A DNA stretch of 64,000 bases, taken from NCBI GenBank assembly GCA_000002445.1, contig CH464491.1, positions 3,712,001 to 3,776,000 of the forward strand, written 5' to 3'. The DNA is from Trypanosoma brucei (taxonomy: Eukaryota). Below, one piece after another: positions 56,969 to 64,000 of the stretch. The position numbers were made by a program, and so were the translations under genes. The notes below the pieces were generated by a model. That model did no database searches. It was not told where the DNA came from and worked only from the letters and a program-made list of their open reading frames with translations. Position 1 is the first letter of the stretch; every line of letters starts with the position of its first letter.

Positions 56969-57766
56969 ATGGCCACACTTCAAGTGCGAGATTTTGATCC
57001 ACGAACGGCAACGCATTATTATCACTGCATACTCGCAGGTATTCCCCACCCCGTTACTCTACAGTCAATATCCTCCGCAATTGTTCCTGATAGTGAATGT
57101 GAGTCTGTGCAAAACCTCGAGAAAATCGGCTGTCAGATTGTACCATACCGCCTTCATGTGTTTAAGGAAACCCTTTCGCTGAAGTTTGGTGTGGTTGATT
57201 TCTTTATTCATCACTCGACTTCTGGGGAGTCTGCAAATCCCGCCGAGGTTCACGAACTATTTTTACAGTGGTTTGGTTCTTCCTTGACTAGGGGGGTGAT
57301 GTCACTTAATTCGTGGATAAGTTTAGGTCAGCCTCGTGAATTACACTCAGCTACCCCGTTTGTGTCAGCGCTAATGGAGAAGTGCTCGTTCTTCGATGCA
57401 AAAGTGGTTTCTGATATTGAGAAGTTAAGAACGTTTATTCTGTCGAAAGTGCGGTTTGATAATAGGGGTTTGAACGCCCATGCCAATAACAGGTCACGTG
57501 TGGCCGCTTCTGAGGACTCTTCACTTCAAGAGGAACAAACAAGGACTGACTGCGGGAATGACCCGTCCGTCGAGTGGAAAAGTGTTGGAACACTGTCAGC
57601 ATCATCGTTGGATTCACAGGAACTCGCTTGGCTTAGTCGTCAGCACCGTCAGTTTCCGTCCATTGCGCCGGCAAATGAAAGGGAGGCCTCTGCAACGTGG
57701 GAGCTGGAGCCTGTACGCACGTTTCTACAAAAGGCACTGACTCCACTCGTTGAAGTGGTAAAGTAA
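56969..57766 (+). CDS. Hypothetical 265-aa protein
   Basis: ATG at 56969 downstream of a pyrimidine-rich spacer. A clean ORF with complex amino-acid composition. No family recognised. Confidence 0.55.
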   Translation: MATLQVRDFDPRTATHYYHCILAGIPHPVTLQSISSAIVPDSECESVQNLEKIGCQIVPYRLHVFKETLSLKFGVVDFFIHHSTSGESANPAEVHELFLQWFGSSLTRGVMSLNSWISLGQPRELHSATPFVSALMEKCSFFDAKVVSDIEKLRTFILSKVRFDNRGLNAHANNRSRVAASEDSSLQEEQTRTDCGNDPSVEWKSVGTLSASSLDSQELAWLSRQHRQFPSIAPANEREASATWELEPVRTFLQKALTPLVEVVK

Positions 57767-58969
57767 GTCAACTGATTATGTGACTTTTACCAGTGCTGGC
57801 CCACGTCAATGCAGGTTGTTTGTCTCACACTAGTAAATATGTCGGATTGAGCACTCTCCTCAAAAACGTATGGGTATACTGCGTCGGTGGTATGTTGTAC
57901 TTTTCGCCTATTTATCTCCGTGCTTTCGCAGGTCCCTGCACACAAAATGCCAGTTGTAGTGTACACATATGCATATAGACGAGTGCTTTTGTCGTCTCTC
58001 GTTTTCACACATCGCTTCAAAGTTTCATTTGGGGTTGTTGTTCAAGCAGCTACACGCGCTGGTTCCCTGCTTTTCACACCATAACTGTTGTGCTTTTGCC
58101 AACTGACACGTTGATCAGAGCTGCCTCTCAACCCTTTGGAGCTTTTTCCAGCTTCCGTTTGTTCGTTGTGGTGCACGAACCACAGTTAGCCGAGTGGGGG
58201 AATAAAACAATGAACTGGCAGATCATGTTTTTTTTTTGATGGGTGCCGCAGTTATTGCTGGAGCCCGTCCCTTTGGAGGGGTTGACATGAATGCGTTTTT
58301 TTTTCCTTTTCGTTAGTTCTTTCTGTCCCCCTTTCTTGCAGCGTTTACGCATCTGTTGTACTTTGTAGGTCCCTAACGACTGACACGTCTTTAGAGCGGT
58401 AAATTTAAAGAGTTTAAAAAAAAAAACAATTCTGCTCACCTTAAGGTTTGGTACTCCACACCACTAACCGCACACTTTCGCGGTCATACGGTCTTGTGTC
58501 CCAACCTCGCTTTCGATTTTGATCTTCCTCTCTTTCATTGGGGAGTTTTGACTCCATTTTATTTCGCTTCTTCTTTCACTATTGCTTTTTTATGTTTAGC
58601 AGTGGGAGTTCCAATAGCCGCATTAAAGGTGAAGTGTACGTTTATGGTTCCGCGCTCATGGTTTTGGGAAGAGTAGGCTGTTGGCCCTACTAGGTGGTTC
58701 ATGCCGTTGGTTTGGTTACCGCTAAAAAGAAGATAAACACGGTGAGCTGGTGAAGTGTCCACTGTGTGACGGAAAGCAGGTGATTTTTGTTGCACGAATC
58801 AGCGAAAGCGGGGCGGACTTATTCCTGTCCTTTACAATTTTGATTATATTTGCATACCTCTGCTCAACGTGTGATTTAACTTTCGGTGACGTTAGCTTAT
58901 TTTACTTACGCATTCACTTTTCCTTCTTTCTGTTTAGGGCTCTCCTCTCACCATTTCCAGCTTTGATGG

Positions 58970-59995
58970 ATGAGTTACGAAAATTTCGCTGCACATGCAC
59001 ATGATAGAGCGCTCGCCAGTGGAAACATCAAGCCACCTCCACCGGCGTCGTACCTGTTGATATGGTCATTACCCCTGCTGGCTTCCTTCTTTGTTTTTGG
59101 CATTGCTCGACCGCTGGTTGCCGATAGGGAAGTGACTCCAAGTTTGACGCACATCGGCTCCGGGCGTTCGAAACGGTGGTGGGTTGTTCGGTTGCATTTA
59201 TGCGTGTCGACATGGCTTTTATTTTACTGCAACTTTTGTGTATGTGCTTACCTTCTTCTTCCGACACGGGTCCTGCTACGGCTTCGCATGCTTCCGTTGA
59301 GTAACAACACTACGTACGGCTGGTGCATGAGAGAGCTACGCCGTGCTTTGTCCTTTGGCATACATCTCTACGATTGGGACGACAAGATATATACGGGCCG
59401 CATATCTGTGGTGAAGTCCGTTGAGTCATTGGCATCTTCTGATGGCCCTGTAAGGGATGAACTTGCACCAGTTGTTCCTCTAACTAACTCAGAAATGTGG
59501 AAGTACAGAGCGGTGGTTCTTGCAGCGCTGGTTGTCACGCTGTTTACTTTGTACTTTCTAGCATCTATGATATTCCGTTTGTCGCTTGGTTTACCCCCAT
59601 GTGGAGAGCACAGAAGCAACTTGGCACTTCCTCAGGGAAGTGAAGAGGAGGAACACGATGAAGATGATGATAAAAACGATGAGTTTGATATAAGTTTTTT
59701 TAGCGTCGACAGTGAATGGTGGAACATGGGCAACCCCGATGATGCGTGTGTCGATAGCCCAGAGGCGCAGGCAGAGGAAGAGCGTTTGAGATCAAGAGAA
59801 CAAAAGAGACAAAACAGGCAACTCCCCGAAAAGAAGACACAAAGTGTTCGTTCGGTGGTGTGGGAATGCTGGCCATTGTTTGCCTCGGTGTGCTATTCGG
59901 CACTTTATGCAATCAGCGGCGGAGTTGCGCCGTTTATGTGGTGGGTTTTCCCCTCTTCTGTGGTGATTGTAATTGTTGGTTCTGTGCTCGTCTAA
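58970..59995 (+). CDS. Hypothetical multi-pass membrane protein (about 4 predicted TM helices) with an acidic central loop
   Basis: ATG at 58970 after polyY/AG (58900-58960). Hydrophobic segments: LLIWSLPLLASFFVFGIA, WLLFYCNFCVCAYLLL, AVVLAALVVTLFTLYFLASMIF, VVIVIVGSVLV. The acidic stretch reads SEEEEHDEDDDKNDEFD. Confidence 0.55.
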   Translation: MSYENFAAHAHDRALASGNIKPPPPASYLLIWSLPLLASFFVFGIARPLVADREVTPSLTHIGSGRSKRWWVVRLHLCVSTWLLFYCNFCVCAYLLLPTRVLLRLRMLPLSNNTTYGWCMRELRRALSFGIHLYDWDDKIYTGRISVVKSVESLASSDGPVRDELAPVVPLTNSEMWKYRAVVLAALVVTLFTLYFLASMIFRLSLGLPPCGEHRSNLALPQGSEEEEHDEDDDKNDEFDISFFSVDSEWWNMGNPDDACVDSPEAQAEEERLRSREQKRQNRQLPEKKTQSVRSVVWECWPLFASVCYSALYAISGGVAPFMWWVFPSSVVIVIVGSVLV

Positions 59996-60827
59996 CCTAT
60001 GCGTTTTCTCCGTATTGGTTACGTTTGGCAAGAACAGCAGCTGGTCTCACAGCTTAGTCTTGCGACTCCAAAATCACAATCTGTAGCGTTCTTGCAGTTG
60101 TGTACGATTTTGAATGCTGCAGAAAGGGAGGTGGCTCTGAGTTTCACATGTCTCAAAAATTTTGAGTGATGCAGCGCGATATCTGACACCGGCAGTGCAT
60201 AGCGTACAGATACTGGACCACCCAGAGGCTTGCGTCCTTTTTCGTTACCTAGGTACATAAACCATATCCCTTCACAATTATTTTTGTAACTTTCATGTGG
60301 GTGATACACTGCTTGCCTTTATCGGAGCGAAATCGTTTTTGTCCGTGGTTCACATGAGGTATGATATGGACTACAGGTAGTTGATTGGGGGCTTGTATGG
60401 CGATAATATGGTGAGGGATGCGTTGCAATTTTGAACTTGTAGATATACGTTGGGTTTAACGTAAATAATTTCGTAAGTGCACGTGCATTTTGGGAGGTTC
60501 ATTCCACAGAACTTTCTTTTTCTGTATTTATTCGGTCAGGTGGTGCTTTTTGGTGTCTTGGTGAAGTTACCTTGACGACAGAACTGCTGTTGGGGCGGAA
60601 TGTCGTCTATTCGTTACATTTTATCTGATGGACAGCCTGGATTTGTTGTTGGTCATTGAGCATGTTGCATTTCTACGACGACACTTAAGGTCTCAGTTTA
60701 CCTTGGGGTTTTGTTTCTTTTTCAACTGGTTGTCGCGTAGACACCTTATGCCGAAAAAAGAAACAACAACAATGGCTTCAAATCATCTACAGTTTTCCCT
60801 TTCCACTTTCCCTTGTACAAAGTGGCC

Positions 60828-62411
60828 ATGAACGGCGTAGAAATAAACGAAAGGGATGCACCAATTATTTGGAAAGAAAAGGCTGTGGGGGTCGTCTGCC
60901 GCAACTTCGATGAGGATATGCAGAATGCTGTGAGGACACTTAAGACCGGTGATGAGCAGAGTGTTGAACGTATGTTGAGGAGTTACAACAACGTAAACTG
61001 GAAAAGTTCTGATGGAAACACGCTGCTTCATTGGGCCGCTACCCTTGGTCATATGTGCGCTGTTAGGTTACTCTTGGATGCGGGGGCCAACTGTGATTCC
61101 CCAAATGTGGTTGGTGCGACACCGCTTCACTGCGCTGCCTTCGGAGGTTCTGTTGCGGTGATTGATGAATTGTTGCTTCGTGGTGCCAATGCGATGGCAA
61201 AAAATCGCAAGGGTCATACGATGTTCGACTTCCTGAAGGACCTGTGGGGTGGCGATTTGTACAAACGTTATGAGGGTCTCGAAAGACTTCTCACGGCATT
61301 GAGTGGAAGTTGCTACGATCTTCCCAGCCCGGTAACAAAGCCGGGAGAACCTCCTGAAGGCACGTTGGCTTCTCAAAGGAGCTTCCGTGGGAAAATTGCC
61401 TCTTGCTTCCTGCAAAATATGCACGAAAGGCAATCAGTTCCCTTTGAAAACTTCCAATACGAGGAACGTGATGAGGATAACGACGATGGATTGTTGCAGA
61501 AGTACCACTTACTGGAAGTGAAGGAATTACTGATGGACGAGTCTGCGAAACGTAATGAGTTGGTTCGTGAACACCTTACTTGGGCTGTTGACGTTATGAC
61601 GCAACTAAGGAATCTTGCATATCCTGTCCGTTGTGTTGAAGAAGTGGTTGAAGTACTTGCTAAGAAAGATTCTCCCGAGGGTGATCGCTGGTTGCTGTTG
61701 CGTGCCAAAGGCGCTAGTGAAGGTTCTGAGGTTTGGGTCCGGTTGAAGGATCTCTGCGAATGTTACCCCACTCGTACTGATGAGCAGGGCCATATTCCCT
61801 CCCTTCGACATTCGCCTGCTCCAACGAATTTGACTAAGCGTTGTCATGCGTATAACCAATCAAATGTTGATGTTTATCGGAATAGTGTTGTACAGCGGGT
61901 GATGCGGTTACTTAAGGATGCCTCGGCGAGGTCGCTTAGGTACCAGAGGAAGCCATTTTCAAATTCTCTTCCTCGTTTTTTAGAGGTATCGGAAGACGAA
62001 AGTGAGAGGGTTTTGCGGAGGGTTGTTAGTTCACCCTGGCACTCTCAGACACCTAAGAGTGACCGTGGATCAGACGCGTCATTTTCAACCGGTGTTCGCA
62101 GCGTAAAGGAAAGCGTAATGAAAAGTAGAAGAAATAGCGGTATTGTGTCTGCTGGTCGTGATTTGTGGGGCGGTGTAAGCCAATCTCCAAAAAGTGTGTT
62201 GCACTCATTCAGCCCCTCCATTTCTCCAGTCTGCAGAGAGAAATTCGATTTGTCTACGAGATCATATGATCCTTTTAGGGCACCAGACTATTGTGCTCCT
62301 ACGGAGTCTAGCAGGCAGCGCGCAGGTGATGGGGGTAAGATAGAGCGGCTTCGCCGCATTTATGCTTCGCAATACTTGAAGCGCAGATTTGACATTTCAA
62401 AGAAATCGTAG
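60828..62411 (+). CDS. Ankyrin-repeat protein (about 4 N-terminal ANK repeats) with an S/R-rich C-terminal region
   Basis: The ORF track start is TTG 60813; the first ATG is 60828. ANK consensus segments: DGNTLLHWAATLGHMCAVRLLLDAGANCD, VGATPLHCAAFGGSVAVIDELLLRGANA, NRKGHTMFDF. Confidence 0.8.
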   Translation: MNGVEINERDAPIIWKEKAVGVVCRNFDEDMQNAVRTLKTGDEQSVERMLRSYNNVNWKSSDGNTLLHWAATLGHMCAVRLLLDAGANCDSPNVVGATPLHCAAFGGSVAVIDELLLRGANAMAKNRKGHTMFDFLKDLWGGDLYKRYEGLERLLTALSGSCYDLPSPVTKPGEPPEGTLASQRSFRGKIASCFLQNMHERQSVPFENFQYEERDEDNDDGLLQKYHLLEVKELLMDESAKRNELVREHLTWAVDVMTQLRNLAYPVRCVEEVVEVLAKKDSPEGDRWLLLRAKGASEGSEVWVRLKDLCECYPTRTDEQGHIPSLRHSPAPTNLTKRCHAYNQSNVDVYRNSVVQRVMRLLKDASARSLRYQRKPFSNSLPRFLEVSEDESERVLRRVVSSPWHSQTPKSDRGSDASFSTGVRSVKESVMKSRRNSGIVSAGRDLWGGVSQSPKSVLHSFSPSISPVCREKFDLSTRSYDPFRAPDYCAPTESSRQRAGDGGKIERLRRIYASQYLKRRFDISKKS

Positions 62412-63691
62412 GTGATTTTACCATGTAAATGTGTGCACACCGTGTTGCGTCGCAATGATAATTGACATATTTGTCTGTTAAAATAGATAGCCCCAATTGG
62501 TTACTGACTGAAGCTTTTTTTCTTTTTAGGCATGTTCCCATATGAGGGTTCGTGTCTGTCTCTAGTACCTTTTTTTTATATTAATAGAATCCTGGGGGTC
62601 GCTATATGTCTTTACCACCACTATTCCTACTACTTTACCTAAGTGTAGTATTTACCTCCCTTTTTTAATCGAAAATATTATATTCGTGTTGTCAATCGAG
62701 CTAATGATGACAGGACACCTTTGTCCTTTCGTGGAATCATCTATCAGCACTTTGATCGTGGAGATGGTATTTTTTTTTCCACTTATTTTCCTTGTTCTTC
62801 TCCGATGAGTTTAGTCAACTTCTTCTGTTTGCTTTCCCTCTTTGTGTTTAAGGGATCACGTAGATTTGTCATTTGTGTCATTTACAATCCTACACAGTCT
62901 GATGGTGGTCTTGCACTATTTTCTTCATTTTCCTTTTCCCCTGTTGTTTGCATTCAGTTTCTGTGGCTCCTAAGGTTTAGTAGTTGCATCATGTGGATTG
63001 GTCGCAAAGACGCGAGAGGACTCAAAAGTTTGTCAGTATGGTTCTTTTACCATTTAGAGGCAACATATTGGTAAAATAAACAGACCTGTCACATTCATCG
63101 GAAAATGGTTCTATGGGGACGCTTTTAAATTCTATTGGCTTCACTTGATTAAGGTTCTATCGATATGGTACTTTCTGTCAGGTAATACAATTGACAAGCG
63201 TTTTTTCTTCTGTATTTACGCTGGTACTGAAAAAAGTGGGAGTCTACTTTGATCGCCGAAATCGCCAGTCATTTAACTTTATCGAATATTACAGAAACTC
63301 ACGTTTTGAGAGTGATGATTCAGCTCACTGGTTGTGATGTATTGTTCAGTTGCTAGCGGTGTTTTGCCGTTTATTTTGAATACCAGTAATGTTTTTCGTG
63401 GGATTTTTTTGAATGCTATTTGATTTCCCCTCCCTGCGCGAGTGCCTTCGTCGATACCAGCGGCGGAAATATATCGAATATTTTGGATGTTGCCATTGTT
63501 TGTGGCATTCTGCGGATAATGTTTTTGAGCCACATGATCCCGCGGTGTGCGCTAGTAGTTCTTTCCCGTTTCTCCTGTTGTTCTATCTCCAGTGCTTAAA
63601 AATTTTACTCTTTCCCTTCCTGCTGCTCCGTTACTTTTCGTATTAGGATCAGCCCTCAACGAGAGTACCATTTGACCACCTGGACGTGAAA

Positions 63692-63709
63692 GTGTGTGTG
63701 TGTGTGTGT
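63692..63709 (+). repeat. (GT)9 microsatellite
   Basis: Direct reading: aagtgtgtgtgtgtgtgtgtgtttgtgcag. Confidence 0.85.
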
Positions 63710-63819
63710 TTGTGCAGGGAAACACCTTCCGTTCCCTGTTTTTTAATAACGGTCCCTTGAGTATTCGTTCTCTCTTTCTTTTGGCGTGTATTCGCAAGAG
63801 GATTTGATTGTTGAATTGG

Positions 63820-64000
63820 ATGGGTGACTGCGACAGGTTGAAGTGCCTTATAGGCGAGTTGGATGGGTACGCGCAGGTGCTAAGTGAGCGCGTGCAGCAG
63901 AAGGAAGCTGAGTTGGGACTACTGCTGGTGCAGGTCGCAACCATGGGTGGAGCAGCCCTTCGAGCAGATGGAGGGCAAACCTCCCCGGTTGTCCTCCCGG
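63820..64000 (+). CDS. 5' end of a further + strand ORF running off the window (partial; MGDCDRLKCLIGELDGYAQVLSERVQQKEAELGLLLVQ...)
   Basis: ATG at 63820 and an open frame to the window end (60 codons, no stop). It is absent from the ORF track only because it is unterminated. Upstream lie a pyrimidine-rich tract and (GT)n. Confidence 0.4.
   Translation, partial: MGDCDRLKCLIGELDGYAQVLSERVQQKEAELGLLLVQVATMGGAALRADGGQTSPVVLP

Overview
This window reads as a chromosome-internal segment of a kinetoplastid (Trypanosoma-like) nuclear genome, not a prokaryotic locus. All convincing genes are long, intron-less ORFs on the + strand, which fits a single polycistronic transcription unit. Each gene is preceded by a polypyrimidine tract followed by AG, the trans-splice acceptor signal. 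Intergenic spacers are 0.5-1.6 kb and carry (GT)n, (AT)n and homopolymer runs.

I call 20 protein-coding genes:
- an RRM protein
- a UEV+CUE ubiquitin-binding protein, possibly Vps23/TSG101-like
- a WD40 protein
- CCT epsilon
- a PFA-DSP-like probable pseudophosphatase
- an STE-like protein kinase
- a Maf pyrophosphatase
- Vps29
- outer-arm dynein intermediate chain 2 (DNAI2)
- an Sm-like protein
- a small hypothetical protein
- a giant UFD4/TRIP12-type HECT E3 ligase with a ZZ finger
- exportin-1/CRM1
- two tandem mitochondrial-carrier paralogues
- an S/P-rich disordered protein
- a mitochondrial PPR-like protein
- two hypothetical proteins
- an ankyrin-repeat protein
- a partial ORF at the right edge

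The supplied ORF track accepts GTG/TTG as start codons. I therefore trimmed several N-termini to the first ATG downstream of the splice signal.

The most unusual feature is a ~13.6 kb ORF-free, extremely AT-rich, microsatellite-dense tract (2503-16129) between two same-strand genes. It is about ten times the normal spacer and is built of alternating homopurine and homopyrimidine blocks.

Other points worth follow-up:
- a 293-bp near-identical gene-conversion patch shared by the two carrier paralogues
- degenerate carrier signature motifs (PxW / PxT / PxH) in those paralogues
- a phosphatase-fold protein that has lost the CX5R arginine
- an N-UEV/C-CUE domain combination
- sense-strand-biased (GT)n tracts

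I found no rRNA, tRNA, CRISPR or transposon.
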